Origin: Candidatus Bathyarchaeia archaeon
GTDB taxonomy: Archaea > Thermoproteota > Bathyarchaeia > Bathyarchaeales > Bathycorpusculaceae
Length of the DNA: 64,000 nucleotides
Assembly (NCBI GenBank): GCA_049970895.1
Contig: JBMFMB010000001.1
Location: 64,001-128,000, forward strand
Reading direction: 5' to 3'
The first letter of the stretch is position 1. Each line of letters starts with the position of its first letter. The position numbers were made by a program, and so were the translations under genes. Shown one piece after another: positions 47,085 to 57,477 of the stretch. The notes beneath the pieces were generated by a model. The model was given only the letters and a program-made list of their open reading frames with translations. It did no database searches and was not told where the DNA came from.

Positions 47085-47368
47085 TTAAGCTCCCTCAAAT
47101 AATTCTCAGCCGACCTAAACGCTTCTTTCACGGACTCGTCTGCAAGCTTTTTAACGTCATATTCCTGCATTAGCGGCGACAAGACTACTTCAACATCAAC
47201 GGTTAATGTTAAGGGTTTCTCGCCGTCCGTTTCAACACTTATGTTCAATGTTTCAACATGTTTTGGCGGAACCTTTGACAGCACATATTTTCTTGCAGCC
47301 TCCTCGGCTGTTGAGCAGAGCTCTTCAACCTGTTCTGGGGTTAGCTCTGGAAAGCCTATTTCCTCCAA
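47066..47368 (-). CDS. DUF3194-like protein
   Basis: Acidic 100-aa protein between prefoldin beta and DHH genes, a recurrent archaeal gene order. Confidence 0.65.
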   Translation of the reverse strand: MEEIGFPELTPEQVEELCSTAEEAARKYVLSKVPPKHVETLNISVETDGEKPLTLTVDVEVVLSPLMQEYDVKKLADESVKEAFRSAENYLRELKCRLQK

Positions 47369-47401
47369 GCTTCACCAAGCCTCGCCATCGTCTAATGCCA
47401 T

Positions 47402-47776
47402 CTACTGTGGCTGTGTTCCCGAAACAGGAGCTAAATCCTGTTGAAGTTTTGCCTGCAATTCCTTCATCTGGCTTCTAAGGCGCTCCTCCTGTTTGCCCAA
47501 GACTGAGGCTCGCATGTTTAGCAGTTCTTTCCGCTCGTTTAGGTCGGCTGTCACCTTCGCCTTGTCGGTCTTAACTAGAAGAGAGCCTATTGCCTTATAA
47601 ATAACAGCGTCGTCAGCCACTTTCTGCAGCTCACTTAAAGCCTGCTCAATCTCTGTTAACTCCAGCTCCACCTGCTGTTTCTGGGCTAAAACAGACTGTA
47701 GTGTCTGCTGCAATTGCTGAAACCTCAAGAGGCGTTCCTGAACCTGCGGGGGAAGTTTAGCCAACTCTTCACTCAA
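47402..47776 (-). CDS. pfdB: Prefoldin beta subunit
   Basis: LPPQVQ, coiled coil-hairpin (IYKAIGSLLVK)-coiled coil. Confidence 0.93.
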   Translation of the reverse strand: MSEELAKLPPQVQERLLRFQQLQQTLQSVLAQKQQVELELTEIEQALSELQKVADDAVIYKAIGSLLVKTDKAKVTADLNERKELLNMRASVLGKQEERLRSQMKELQAKLQQDLAPVSGTQPQ

Positions 47777-47921
47777 TTTTATCCTTCCATCTGCACAGCT
47801 TTACACCAAACCAGTTAATTAAACATTTTCTAAAAAGGCTACAAATAAGCTAGGCAAACAATAGTGGCAGCAAAATCTAGAGGAAGCAGTCAATTTAAGC
47901 TTTCCACACAACCAAAAATTG

Positions 47922-49241
47922 TTAAGGTGTGAGCCTAAACTTGTCCCTAGGATAAAGCGTAACTTCACGAATATTCTTTTTCCCAGTCAACATCATGGTG
48001 AGCCTCTCCAAACCGATAGCCCAGCCGGCATGGGGCGGCATGCCATAATCAAAGGCTTGCAGATGATACTTAAAGGATTCCGTGTTTAACCCTTTCTCCT
48101 TTAACCGCTTTATTAGAAGCTCTTTTGAGGCTATTCTTGTCCCGCCAGAAGAAAGCTCGATCCAACGCCACATCAAGTCGAAACCCTCGCAGATTTCCGG
48201 ATTGTCATCTCTGGGCTTTATGTAAAAAGCCTTGGACTGTGTCGGCCAGTCCGTTATAAAGTAGAAGTATGGGTGAATTTTGCCAAGCGTTCTGAAGGCT
48301 GGTGTTGGTATGTCCTCACCCCATGGAATCTCTATACCTTCCTTTTTCAAGTCTTCAAGAACCTGGTCGTAAGTCAAGCGTTTGAAGGGGATTTCAGGCA
48401 CATCCACTTGATGATTCAAGATTGCCAATTCTTTCTTGCACTTTTCGCGGACAACTTTGCACGTGTGCTGCATCAACTGTTCAAGCAACTGCATAACGTC
48501 TTCGGCTGATGCAAAGGCCTGTTCAATGTCTATTGAAACAAACTCACTTAAGTGCCGCCGAGTGTGGGATTCTTCAGCCCTGAAAAAGGGGCCTATTTCA
48601 AACACTTTCTCAAGGCTCATGACAAGTTGTTCCTTGTAGAGTTGGGGACTCTGCGCAAGGAAAGCCTTCCTCTCAAAATAGTCCACCGGGAAAAGTGCTG
48701 CACCACCTTCTGTGGCTGAAGCAATAATTCGCGGAGTGTGAACCTCTATGAAGCTCCTTTCAAAGAGGAAATTGCGTATTGCCTCAACAGCCGTGTGCTG
48801 AATCTTGAAGATGGCTATGCTTTCCTCACGGCAAAGGTCCAATGCGCGGGCGTCAAGCCGAACCTCTAACTTTGCTGGCACTTTCCCAGTTATGTCTATT
48901 GGCAACTGATGCGCAGCTGTGCTGAAAATCTTAATCTCCTTCGGTATAACTTCGACCCCTCTTGGAGTGATCTCCGTCTTCTTCACAATCCCTTTCACGC
49001 CTATGCTATATCTCCTTTGCAAGGCTTCAGACTTCGACAAAACTTCGCTGCCCACTTTCTTTCTTGGAACGGTTATTTGCACAGTCCCCTCGCGGTCCTG
49101 CAATATTATGAAGCGAATTCCGCCCAAATCTCGGATTTCTTGAACCCAGCCGAAAAGGATGACCTCTCGCCCATCAAGCTCCGGTCGAATTTCAGCAGAG
49201 TAATGGGTTCTCCTCCAGTCCCCAATAGGGTCCAATTTCAT
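47922..49241 (-). CDS. aspS: Aspartate--tRNA ligase, probably non-discriminating
   Basis: GWVQEIRDLGG, LAQSPQLYK, FRAEES, GMPPHAG, GLER; Pro in the anticodon-domain loop (ITPRG) as in ND enzymes (inference). Confidence 0.93.
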   Translation of the reverse strand: MKLDPIGDWRRTHYSAEIRPELDGREVILFGWVQEIRDLGGIRFIILQDREGTVQITVPRKKVGSEVLSKSEALQRRYSIGVKGIVKKTEITPRGVEVIPKEIKIFSTAAHQLPIDITGKVPAKLEVRLDARALDLCREESIAIFKIQHTAVEAIRNFLFERSFIEVHTPRIIASATEGGAALFPVDYFERKAFLAQSPQLYKEQLVMSLEKVFEIGPFFRAEESHTRRHLSEFVSIDIEQAFASAEDVMQLLEQLMQHTCKVVREKCKKELAILNHQVDVPEIPFKRLTYDQVLEDLKKEGIEIPWGEDIPTPAFRTLGKIHPYFYFITDWPTQSKAFYIKPRDDNPEICEGFDLMWRWIELSSGGTRIASKELLIKRLKEKGLNTESFKYHLQAFDYGMPPHAGWAIGLERLTMMLTGKKNIREVTLYPRDKFRLTP

Positions 49242-49258
49242 TAGTTCACACGCCCTAA

Positions 49259-49768
49259 CTAGTCTGCAAACTCCACCCGCAACGTCATGTTGCGAACTTT
49301 ACGGGCAATCTCCTTTAAAGCCTTTACATCAAAAGGTGGCTGCCTCCCACCCCGCTTCCTCAAAATAACCCGAGTTTCAGTTGACCCATCTGGAAGCCAA
49401 ATAGTGTTTATTGTGACTATGCTTAAGGGAGCAAACAAATCCTCCAAAAACTTTCTATCATCAACCCCATACTCCAAAACCCGTATAGACTTGCCAGTCT
49501 TTTCACCCAAAGCCTTAATTATCTTCCCACCATATCCAAGAAGACGAGGGACGTCTCCCTTCCCAACAAGGATAGCCAAGGTTTTTCCAGCATCTACAGC
49601 CTTATAAAAATAGACATTCTGAAGGGAAGGATAAGTTTCCTCTAATGAAAGGAGTAAACGGGCAATTTTCAAATCAAGCTCTGAAACTTCGCCTGATTTA
49701 ACCTTCTCTGAACATTTTTGGCATAAGATTCCACTTTTCAAGCAGAAACTACACAACATTGTCTTCAC
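49259..49768 (-). CDS. NusA-like KH-domain protein with N-terminal Cys cluster
   Basis: CSFCLKSGILCQKC; KH LLGYGGKIIKAL. Confidence 0.8.
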   Translation of the reverse strand: MKTMLCSFCLKSGILCQKCSEKVKSGEVSELDLKIARLLLSLEETYPSLQNVYFYKAVDAGKTLAILVGKGDVPRLLGYGGKIIKALGEKTGKSIRVLEYGVDDRKFLEDLFAPLSIVTINTIWLPDGSTETRVILRKRGGRQPPFDVKALKEIARKVRNMTLRVEFAD

Positions 49769-49833
49769 TAAGGGAATGCCCTCCACAAATAAAGGAGGGG
49801 CGGCGGAGCTTTGGAAAGTTCAGCCGTAGTGTT

Positions 49834-50112
49834 TCAACGTTCCAGTGTTATCTCGATGGTGCTGACGTTTGTAGGCGTGCCACCCTCTTCTCTGGGTGCC
49901 ACCTGCTCAGTTCCGATACCTACTTTCTTAACTTTAACGTCTGGTAGGAATCGGCGCCTAACGACCTCAACAACGTCAACAGCACGGCTTATGGCTCTTC
50001 CCCTTGCCTTAATATTTACTTCTTTTGCTCCGCCGTGGAAGAGGGTTATGCAAGCCAGTACATAGTTCATTACTGGCTTCTTCCCGATCAACACTGAGTT
50101 GCTTTCAGACAT
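49834..50112 (-). CDS. albA: DNA/RNA-binding protein Alba
   Basis: [30 protein letters not shown]. Confidence 0.97.
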   Translation of the reverse strand: MSESNSVLIGKKPVMNYVLACITLFHGGAKEVNIKARGRAISRAVDVVEVVRRRFLPDVKVKKVGIGTEQVAPREEGGTPTNVSTIEITLER

Positions 50113-50322
50113 TTTGGACCGCCTCACTCCTTGTTTCCACTTTTTCTATGGCTTCATAACCATTTTTATCCATAAATAAATACATTACGGTTTTAACTTT
50201 TACCGCAACCTTAAAACGCTTAGAGCGAAGGTTTAAACAAATTAAAACTTGCTAAATGCTTAAATAACCCATACCATTGTAAACTTTCTCTAACATCCAA
50301 ATGCTTAGAGAAGCGTTAAAAC

Positions 50323-50781
50323 TTGGAAACATTAACAAGACGCTCAATCCGGTTGCTCCGAATGCTATATGAAAAGGGAAAATCAATAAGCACATACACT
50401 TTACACGTGAGGCAAAGCGACCTAGCAAAAGAGTTAGGCATAAGCAGACAAGCCCTAAACCTCCACCTGAAAAAGCTCAGAGACCTAAACTACATAAGGA
50501 CTGGTAGAGGATTCATAGACGTCACGGAAAAAGGATTAAACGCCCTTGGCATATCATCAACACCAGCCTTTATATTCATTAAAGTTGATCCGCCAAAAAG
50601 AAGCGAAGTCTACCAGAAAATCAAAGAAACCATAGTGCAAAAAGCTTTCAGAGTTGCCGGCGACGTTGACGCCGTACTAATCGTTGAAAGAGATAAACTC
50701 AACGAGGTTTTAAGGAAACTATCGGCAATTGAAGGCATAAAAGATACAAAATCCTACGTCACAATAGAACCCATAAAATAG
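50323..50781 (+). CDS. Lrp/AsnC-like transcriptional regulator (wHTH plus RAM domain)
   Basis: RQSDLAKELGISRQALNLHL; C-terminal FRVAGDVD...IEGIKDTKSY. Confidence 0.8.
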   Translation: METLTRRSIRLLRMLYEKGKSISTYTLHVRQSDLAKELGISRQALNLHLKKLRDLNYIRTGRGFIDVTEKGLNALGISSTPAFIFIKVDPPKRSEVYQKIKETIVQKAFRVAGDVDAVLIVERDKLNEVLRKLSAIEGIKDTKSYVTIEPIK

Positions 50782-50800
50782 TGCATAAAGGTGTTTTAGA

Positions 50801-51940
50801 ATGAAGCTTCTTGAATATGAGGCAAAACAAATACTTGCAAAATACGGTGTCCCAACACCAAAAGGAGAATTAGCCACAAACATAGCCCAAGCCCGAGAAA
50901 TAGCCTCAAAGCTTACCCCACCATTGGTTGTAAAGGCGCAGGTTCCGGTGGCTGGAAGGGGGAAAGCTGGAGGAATTCTTTTCGCAGAATCAGCAGCAGA
51001 AGTTGAAAAAGCCGTAGAGAAACTGTTAGGCATGCAAATTAAGGGAATCCCTGTTCGAAGCGTGTGGATTGAAGAGAAAATACAAGCCAAAAAAGAACTC
51101 TATTTCGGCATGACAGTTGACAGATTCATCAAAAGCTATGTTGCAATCGCATCGTCCGAAGGCGGCATGGAAATAGAGGAGGTTGCCGTGAAAACCCCGG
51201 AAAAAGTGATTAGGTTTCCCATAAACCCACAACACGGTTTTAGACTCTATCATGCCAGACAAATAGCGAAGCGCATGGGGTACAGCGGGAACCAGTTTTC
51301 AATTCTTGGAAACATCTTTCACAGCCTCTATAGGGCTGGAATGGACTATGACGCCGAACTTATAGAAATGAACCCCCTCGTTGAAACTCCAGATGGAAAT
51401 TTTGTCGCCGTCGACACTCGTCTAATAATTGATGATAACGCCCTATTCCGCCATACTGAATTTAAAGAAAGAATTTTGGAAGGAGAGCTTTCTCCACAAG
51501 AAATTGAGGCTGCAAAAAACGACTTAGCCTATGTAAAGCTTGACGGGGATATAGGCGTTATAGGTAACGGTGCCGGCTTGGTAATGGCAACATTAGACGC
51601 CATACAACTTTACGGCGGAAAACCAGCAAACTTCCTAGACGTAGGCGGTGGTGCCCCATCAGAAAAAATTGCTGTAGCCCTAAAAATTGTGCTTTCAGAC
51701 CCAAACGTCAAAGCACTATTCATAAACATTTTAGGCGGTATAACCCGCTGCGACGAAGTTGCAAGGGGAGTTTTAGCAGCAAAAGAAAGGCTGGGCATAG
51801 AAAAGCCACTGGTTATCCGTCTAGTGGGAACAAATGAGGAGGAGGGGAAACGAATACTAACTGAGGCTGGAATCCACGTGTTGGAAAGCATGGAGGAGGC
51901 GGCCCAACGCGTGGTGGAAATAGTCAAGAGCGGGGCATGA
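50801..51940 (+). CDS. sucC: Succinyl-CoA ligase beta subunit
   Basis: [43 protein letters not shown]. Confidence 0.95.
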   Translation: MKLLEYEAKQILAKYGVPTPKGELATNIAQAREIASKLTPPLVVKAQVPVAGRGKAGGILFAESAAEVEKAVEKLLGMQIKGIPVRSVWIEEKIQAKKELYFGMTVDRFIKSYVAIASSEGGMEIEEVAVKTPEKVIRFPINPQHGFRLYHARQIAKRMGYSGNQFSILGNIFHSLYRAGMDYDAELIEMNPLVETPDGNFVAVDTRLIIDDNALFRHTEFKERILEGELSPQEIEAAKNDLAYVKLDGDIGVIGNGAGLVMATLDAIQLYGGKPANFLDVGGGAPSEKIAVALKIVLSDPNVKALFINILGGITRCDEVARGVLAAKERLGIEKPLVIRLVGTNEEEGKRILTEAGIHVLESMEEAAQRVVEIVKSGA

Positions 51941-51944
51941 AAAT

Positions 51945-52820
51945 ATGGGGATAATAGTTGGCAAAAACACTAAGGCAATAGTTCAAGGCATAACCGGGGC
52001 GCAGGGAAGCTTTCACACAAAATTAATGCTGGAATATGGAACACAAATAGTTGCTGGTGTAACCCCCGGCAAGGGCGGAACAAAAGTCCACAACGTCCCA
52101 GTATACGACACTGTTGAAGAAGCCCTAAAAAACCACCAAGCCGACGCCTCAATAATATTTGTCCCAGCACCCTTCGCAGCAGACGCCGCACTAGAAGCCC
52201 TAGAAAACGGAATAAAAACGGTTGTCATAATTACTGAGCACATTCCAGTGAAAGACGCAATAAATGTTATGACTTATGCCAAACAAGTTAACGCCACAAT
52301 AATAGGGCCAAACACTCCTGGAATAATAACGCCTGGAGAATGCAAGCTCGGGATAATGCCAGCCCACATCTTCAAGCCCGGAAGCATAGGCATGGTTTCA
52401 AGAAGCGGAACACTAACATATGAAATAGCCGCCGGTTTAACTAGAAAACAGCTGGGTCAATCCACATGCATTGGCTTGGGCGGAGACCCAATAGTCGGCT
52501 TAAACTTCATAGAAGCCCTAAAACTTTTTGAAAAGGACCCACAAACAGAAGGCATAGCCCTAATAGGCGAAATAGGCGGAAACCTAGAAGAACTCACAGC
52601 GGAATACATAGCCAAAGAAAAGTATCCAAAACCAGTCGTAGCCTTCATAGCTGGACGCTCAGCCCCACCTGGAAAACGCATGGGACACGCAGGCGCAATA
52701 ATAATGGGAAAGGCCGGAACAGCTGAAAGCAAAATAGAAGCCTTCAGAAAGGCTGGCGTTGAAGTGGCTGAAAAACCAAGCGAAGTAGCCATGCTGTTGG
52801 AAAAACTGATAAAACGTTAG
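51945..52820 (+). CDS. sucD: Succinyl-CoA ligase alpha subunit
   Basis: [20 protein letters not shown], phospho-His RMGHAGA. Confidence 0.96.
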   Translation: MGIIVGKNTKAIVQGITGAQGSFHTKLMLEYGTQIVAGVTPGKGGTKVHNVPVYDTVEEALKNHQADASIIFVPAPFAADAALEALENGIKTVVIITEHIPVKDAINVMTYAKQVNATIIGPNTPGIITPGECKLGIMPAHIFKPGSIGMVSRSGTLTYEIAAGLTRKQLGQSTCIGLGGDPIVGLNFIEALKLFEKDPQTEGIALIGEIGGNLEELTAEYIAKEKYPKPVVAFIAGRSAPPGKRMGHAGAIIMGKAGTAESKIEAFRKAGVEVAEKPSEVAMLLEKLIKR

Positions 52821-52910
52821 TTTACCAATACAAAATCGACATGAAGGCAAAAAGTATATTTGGACGCAAATTCTGTTTGTTTAGCTACAAAGAGGACCAA
52901 GTGAAGCAAA

Positions 52911-53072
52911 ATGCCAATAATGGATCCTTTCAAAAAAACTTTGGCTCAGCAGCGTAGGCTTTACGTGAAAATCTGCAGAGAGTGCGGCGCACGAAACGCC
53001 ACAACAGCAACTAAATGTCGTAAATGCCACAGCAAAAACCTCAGATGGAAAAAGCGAGAAATAATCAAGTAA
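52911..53072 (+). CDS. rpl40e: Ribosomal protein eL40 (not in ORF track)
   Basis: MPIMDP...KICRECGARNATTATKCRKCHSKNLRWKK. Confidence 0.95.
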   Translation: MPIMDPFKKTLAQQRRLYVKICRECGARNATTATKCRKCHSKNLRWKKREIIK

Positions 53073-53180
53073 CATTACCTTTACAATTTTCCAACAAATT
53101 TCACTTGCAATTTACAAAAATAATGGGTAAAAATTATATAACACTAAATTGCTCATCTAATTGTTAATTTGAGGTGTAAA

Positions 53181-53237
53181 TTGTTGGCTTGCAAGAAGAA
53201 GACAACTAAGAAGAAGGCTAAAGAGGAAAAGAAGTAG
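53181..53237 (+). CDS. Putative 17-18 aa Lys-rich micropeptide
   Basis: TATA-like TTATATA at about 53134, SD GAGGTG at 53171, TTG start, (M)LACKKKTTKKKAKEEKK, T-rich tract at about 53270. Confidence 0.5.
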   Translation: MLACKKKTTKKKAKEEKK

Positions 53238-53278
53238 AACCTTTGTCGCCTCGCCCAAAATAACACCAATTTTTCTTT

Positions 53279-53893
53279 TTAGAGAACTTGCATCAAAGTT
53301 TCAATGTTAAAGTAAGTGTTTGCACAGCCATTTCTGAGCAAAGGAACCGCCTGCCCAACAACATTCATTCTGGACAATGCCTCTCCAGCAAGCTTTATCT
53401 CCTCACCACAAGCAACACCAACGACACCATCATAGCGCTTAAGCCTCAAAATCTTATAAACACATGAACCGCCAGGTATTACGTAAACGTCGTACCCCTT
53501 TTCCTCAGCCATAGAAACAGCCCTATTAATTAGGCAGTCAGAAGAGCAGCGGGCACAAATGTAAGAGGGGATGCTAGGCTCAAATCTAGCCTTGCACCGA
53601 CTATCCATATACTTCCTCGAACAGTGGGGCAAAAACAACGCCCTTCTCTTTGCCTTTCTGAACCTCTCCCTCTCCAGGCGGTTCCTAATTTCCATGTCAA
53701 CAAAGTCTTTTAAAAGCTGAACAGCATCAGACAAATTTAACCCTGTTGCCTCCTGAATCCTGAACTTCTTAATGATGTCTTGTAATGCATCACTAATTTT
53801 TTTATGCATCCCTTTTTCATGGACAATTCTAGCTACTTCGGTGAAGAAGAAAAGGGGGACTTTTGAAAGGTCGAATGTGAATTTATATGGCAC
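53279..53893 (-). CDS. DUF116-family protein
   Basis: FLPHC...C...CARCSSDC...PGGS...VGVAC...PLLRNGC; probable GTG start at 53893. Confidence 0.8.
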   Translation of the reverse strand: MPYKFTFDLSKVPLFFFTEVARIVHEKGMHKKISDALQDIIKKFRIQEATGLNLSDAVQLLKDFVDMEIRNRLERERFRKAKRRALFLPHCSRKYMDSRCKARFEPSIPSYICARCSSDCLINRAVSMAEEKGYDVYVIPGGSCVYKILRLKRYDGVVGVACGEEIKLAGEALSRMNVVGQAVPLLRNGCANTYFNIETLMQVL

Positions 53894-53990
53894 AAAGTAA
53901 AAATAGACAGACAAACCTTTAAAGTTAATCATCGCATAAATGGATAAGCAGCCGTAGAGCTTAACAGATGAGCAGTTAAGGAGGAAAATC

Positions 53991-54398
53991 ATGGGTTTAT
54001 TGGATATATTTAAAAGGAAAAAGAAGGAGGAGGCAAAAACCACTAACGTTGAGGTTAAACAGATGACTGAACTTGAAAAACTCTGTGGAGACGACAAAGA
54101 GACATATGAAGCCTTACTTAATACTATGTTCCTTGACCCGAGAAAAATCGGCGTTTCTATGGAGGAGGCAGCAGAAAATGCCAAGAAATTTGAAAAGGAA
54201 AAAGATTTCACAAGGGCAAAAGTGTGGTACCAAATTGCCGGAGGACTAGCAATTTACGGAGGAAACGTCAAAAAAGTTGTTGAATACTTCAGTAAATGTG
54301 AAAAACTCGCCCCCGGCGCGAGTTATCCAATTTTAAAGAATCCAGAAAAGGCTGTGGCTAAGGCTCAGGAATATTACAAAAAGTTTTTGCAGTCCTAA
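53991..54398 (+). CDS. Hypothetical helical (TPR-like) protein
   Basis: SD GGAGG, ATG start, TPR-like AKKFEKEKDFTRAKVWYQIA. Confidence 0.7.
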   Translation: MGLLDIFKRKKKEEAKTTNVEVKQMTELEKLCGDDKETYEALLNTMFLDPRKIGVSMEEAAENAKKFEKEKDFTRAKVWYQIAGGLAIYGGNVKKVVEYFSKCEKLAPGASYPILKNPEKAVAKAQEYYKKFLQS

Positions 54399-54441
54399 AC
54401 TGTAATAGCAGACATTAGTTTCTAATCCGCTCAACTGTTTT

Positions 54442-54858
54442 TTACTTTTCTTCCGTGTAGCCAAGCAACTCTCTTAAAGATTTCACTTCCTCTCGCAACA
54501 TATTCACTTCGCTTTCAAGTGCACTAACCCTTGACTCTGCTGCCTTCTTCAATTTTTCAATTTCAATCATAAGATTTGCACGTTCAGTCTCCAAAGTTTT
54601 TATTTTCTCCCGCAGGTTCTTCAAGGTCTGCATAAGTTCACCCTTTATGACTTTAATTCTTTCAACCATGTTTTTAATACTTACCGTTTCTTCGACTATC
54701 GCTTCAGATTCTATAGTTGCCCTAAACCTTGCTTTGCAGCTGGGACATTCGAAAATTCCCATAACTTTTGGTGCACCTTCTCCAGGTTTCCGCGGAGAAA
54801 TTGTCCAAGTCTTAACTGGGGAAGCGGTTTCTCCCCCACATTTAGGACACTTAACCAA
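54442..54858 (-). CDS. Cren7-like zinc-ribbon domain fused to a long coiled coil
   Basis: CPKCG...PVKTWTISPR...MGIFECPSCKARFR, followed by about 75 residues of heptad repeats. Confidence 0.7.
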   Translation of the reverse strand: MVKCPKCGGETASPVKTWTISPRKPGEGAPKVMGIFECPSCKARFRATIESEAIVEETVSIKNMVERIKVIKGELMQTLKNLREKIKTLETERANLMIEIEKLKKAAESRVSALESEVNMLREEVKSLRELLGYTEEK

Positions 54859-54957
54859 ACTACAACCCTATTATAGGTATTGCCTTAGAGACTAAAATGT
54901 GTTTTGCAGCAAATTGGCAATTCGCAGAATCCCAAACCATTTAATTGGTGGTTTAAA

Positions 54958-55269
54958 ATGCGGTTTACCGAAATGAAAGCAAAATTGGAGGAGAAAATTA
55001 AGGCACTAGAAGAGGAAAGGCGCACACTTTTAGAGGAGAGTGACAAACTAAAGGAAGTTTTGGAGTTAAGTGAAAAGGCTAAGACCTTAGAGGCGGAAGT
55101 TAACAAGCTTAAAGAAGAAATCAAGAGTCTACGGGATAAAATTCCCGAGGATATCCTAGAAGAGTTAAGTAAGACTGTTCCAAAAATTCTGGAAAGCAAA
55201 CCAGAAAAAGAAGAGGGCGAGGAATGTTGCCAAGAGGAGAGGAACTTTTCTAAACCCTTCAATGCCTAA
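54958..55269 (+). CDS. Coiled-coil protein paralogous to the tail of the divergent gene
   Basis: LEEKIKALEEER...KLK...LEAEVNKLKEEIKSLR; ATG at 54958 after GGTGG. Confidence 0.75.
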   Translation: MRFTEMKAKLEEKIKALEEERRTLLEESDKLKEVLELSEKAKTLEAEVNKLKEEIKSLRDKIPEDILEELSKTVPKILESKPEKEEGEECCQEERNFSKPFNA

Positions 55270-55273
55270 AGTC

Positions 55274-56233
55274 CTATAAGCTCATTTGGAATATTAACCG
55301 CTCTACAAGTTCTTTATAACGGTTCCTAATAGTGACCTCTGTCACTTGTGCTATTTCGGCAATTTCCCTCTGGGTTTTCCTCTCCCCCGTGAGCACTGAA
55401 GCTATGTAGCTAGCGGCAGCTGCAATACCGGTTGGACCTCGTCCAGATGTTAGTTTTAGTTCTTTTGCGGCTGCCAAAATTTTGTGGGCTATTTCCTCCA
55501 CTTTGCCTTGCATTGTCAGCTGATTTGAGAATTTAGTTATATACTGGCTTGGTTTAAGGGGCGGAATAAAATAGTTTAATTCCTTTATTAAGAAGCGGTA
55601 GCTACGTCCCACTTCTTTTTTGTTCACGTTGGATGCTTGAGCTATTTCCTCCAAAGTTCTAGGCAAACCACATTGCCTACAAGCCAGATAAATCGCCGCC
55701 GACGTAACCCCTTGAATAGACCTGCCTCTTATGAGCCTCTCCTTAACGGCTTTTCTATAAATTAGGGACGCCGTTTCCAAAATGTTCTTTGGAAGGTTCA
55801 AATTGTTAGCAATTTTTGTTATCTCAGAAAGCGCAAAAGCGAGATTACGTTCAGTGGCGTCTGAAACTCTTATCCGCCTTTGCCACTTTCTAAGGCGGTA
55901 GACCTGGGCTTTTTGACCTGGAGACAAGCCCTTCCCATAAATGTCTCTGTCATGCCAGTCAATCATCGTTGACAAGCCTTTATCATGAATAGTATACGTT
56001 AGGGGGGCGCCAACCCTTGTCCTTTTTGCCCTTTGTTCGTCATCAAAAGCCCGCCATTCGGGTCCCCTATCTGCTATTTTTGCGGCTATGACGTAGCCGC
56101 AGTCCATGCAAACCAGTTCTGCACATTCATAATCGCGCATCAATCTTGTGCTGCCGCATTCGGGGCACACTTGAACTTTAGCCTGCTGAGTGGTTGATGT
56201 TGGGCTTGCATCCCCAACATCTGCATCATCCAT
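55274..56233 (-). CDS. tfb: Transcription initiation factor B
   Basis: CPECG zinc ribbon, GPEWRAF, B-linker RLRKWQ, two cyclin repeats, [10 protein letters not shown]. Confidence 0.97.
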   Translation of the reverse strand: MDDADVGDASPTSTTQQAKVQVCPECGSTRLMRDYECAELVCMDCGYVIAAKIADRGPEWRAFDDEQRAKRTRVGAPLTYTIHDKGLSTMIDWHDRDIYGKGLSPGQKAQVYRLRKWQRRIRVSDATERNLAFALSEITKIANNLNLPKNILETASLIYRKAVKERLIRGRSIQGVTSAAIYLACRQCGLPRTLEEIAQASNVNKKEVGRSYRFLIKELNYFIPPLKPSQYITKFSNQLTMQGKVEEIAHKILAAAKELKLTSGRGPTGIAAAASYIASVLTGERKTQREIAEIAQVTEVTIRNRYKELVERLIFQMSL

Positions 56234-56234
56234 T

Positions 56235-56483
56235 CTATTTTCTCTCCTTTCCCTTCTTCGAGGGGAGAACATACAACACCTTGTTAACCAAAACTTCTGG
56301 CTTGGCAATTTTTGGTTTAACAGCCACATATGGCGAGGAGACCGGACCGAAAATGTCGAAGACTTCGCCAATGGGCTTTAAATTTTCGTCGACCACCGTT
56401 TCACCTATCTTTGGAGTGTTTTCAACCTTAACTATAACATTCTTGCTTGGACTTATATGGAGCACTCGACCCAGCCTAATCAA
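56235..56483 (-). CDS. gar1: H/ACA RNP protein Gar1
   Basis: RLGRVLH...[19 protein letters not shown]; gar1-tfb gene order. Confidence 0.92.
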   Translation of the reverse strand: MIRLGRVLHISPSKNVIVKVENTPKIGETVVDENLKPIGEVFDIFGPVSSPYVAVKPKIAKPEVLVNKVLYVLPSKKGKERK

Positions 56484-56642
56484 CCTTTAATATTCCCCTC
56501 GAAAAACAAAAAGGTTCAAACGTGACATGTTATTTAAACCTTTCTACGTTACATCGCGTGTAGAAGAGTTTTCGCCGTGTTCTGTCGAAACATTCATAAA
56601 TAGGTGTTGTTGATTAAACTGTGCATTTGAAGGGTGAGGCTT

Positions 56643-57023
56643 ATGTCCAAACCATTCTACGTAAAATTCGAGGTCCCGAAGGAGGTTGCAGATGCGGCCT
56701 ATGAAGCCCTACAAATAGCCGCAAAAACCGGAACTGTAAGAAAGGGGACAAACGAGACGACTAAAGCTGTTGAAAGGGGACAAGCAAAACTCGTGGTTAT
56801 AGCTGAAGATGTCGACCCACCAGAGGTTGTAGCCCATCTGCCACTCCTCTGCGAAGAAAGAAAAATACCCTACGTTTATGTTCCAAGCAAGGAGAAGCTG
56901 GGAGACGCTGTTGGTATAGATGTTTCAGCAGCCTCAGCATGCATAATCAACGAGGGAGACGCTGGAGGACTCGTCAAAGAGATAATTAAAAGAGTTGAGC
57001 AGATTAGGAAAGGAGCCAAGTAA
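56643..57023 (+). CDS. rpl7ae: Ribosomal protein L7Ae (eL8)
   Basis: [28 protein letters not shown]. Confidence 0.97.
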   Translation: MSKPFYVKFEVPKEVADAAYEALQIAAKTGTVRKGTNETTKAVERGQAKLVVIAEDVDPPEVVAHLPLLCEERKIPYVYVPSKEKLGDAVGIDVSAASACIINEGDAGGLVKEIIKRVEQIRKGAK

Positions 57024-57250
57024 TGAGCAAGGAAAAGGAAGCAGCAGAAGAGGAACTCACACCGGCAGAAGTCATCCAAATAATAGGGAGAACAGGTGTG
57101 ACGGGCGAAATTACCCAAGTGAGAGTCCGAATTTTAGAAGGAAAGGACAAAGGACGAATAATAACACGAAATGTGAAAGGCCCTGTGCGGGTGCAAGACA
57201 TCCTTATGCTTAGGGAGACGGAGAGGGAAGCAAAGAAGATAACAAGATAG
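57023..57250 (+). CDS. rps28e: Ribosomal protein eS28
   Basis: [27 protein letters not shown]. Confidence 0.97.
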   Translation: MSKEKEAAEEELTPAEVIQIIGRTGVTGEITQVRVRILEGKDKGRIITRNVKGPVRVQDILMLRETEREAKKITR

Positions 57251-57278
57251 ACAAGTTGAAGGTTTGGAGGTGCTCCCT

Positions 57279-57476
57279 TTGCCAAAACTTAGGAAATGCT
57301 CATTTTGCGGCAACGAATTTCCACCGGGCACTGGGATGATGTACGTGAAAAATGATGGGACAATTTTCTGGTTCTGTTCAAGCAAATGTAGGAAAAGCTC
57401 CCTAAAACTTAAGAGGGATGCTCGCAAGCTTAAGTGGACGACATATTTTGGTAAGGAAGAAAAGGGTAAAGCCTAG
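57279..57476 (+). CDS. rpl24e: Ribosomal protein eL24
   Basis: CSFCG...[12 protein letters not shown]...FCSSKC...KWT. Confidence 0.97.
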   Translation: MPKLRKCSFCGNEFPPGTGMMYVKNDGTIFWFCSSKCRKSSLKLKRDARKLKWTTYFGKEEKGKA

Positions 57477-57477
57477 T

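Noticed and set aside
53894-54211. N-terminal 105 codons of the listed 310-aa DUF116 ORF
   Set aside because: Overlaps the opposite-strand gene 53991-54398; the true start is probably GTG 53893
56234-56371. N-terminal extension of TFB in the ORF track
   Set aside because: Lies inside gar1; ATG 56233 follows the gar1 stop and is the likelier start
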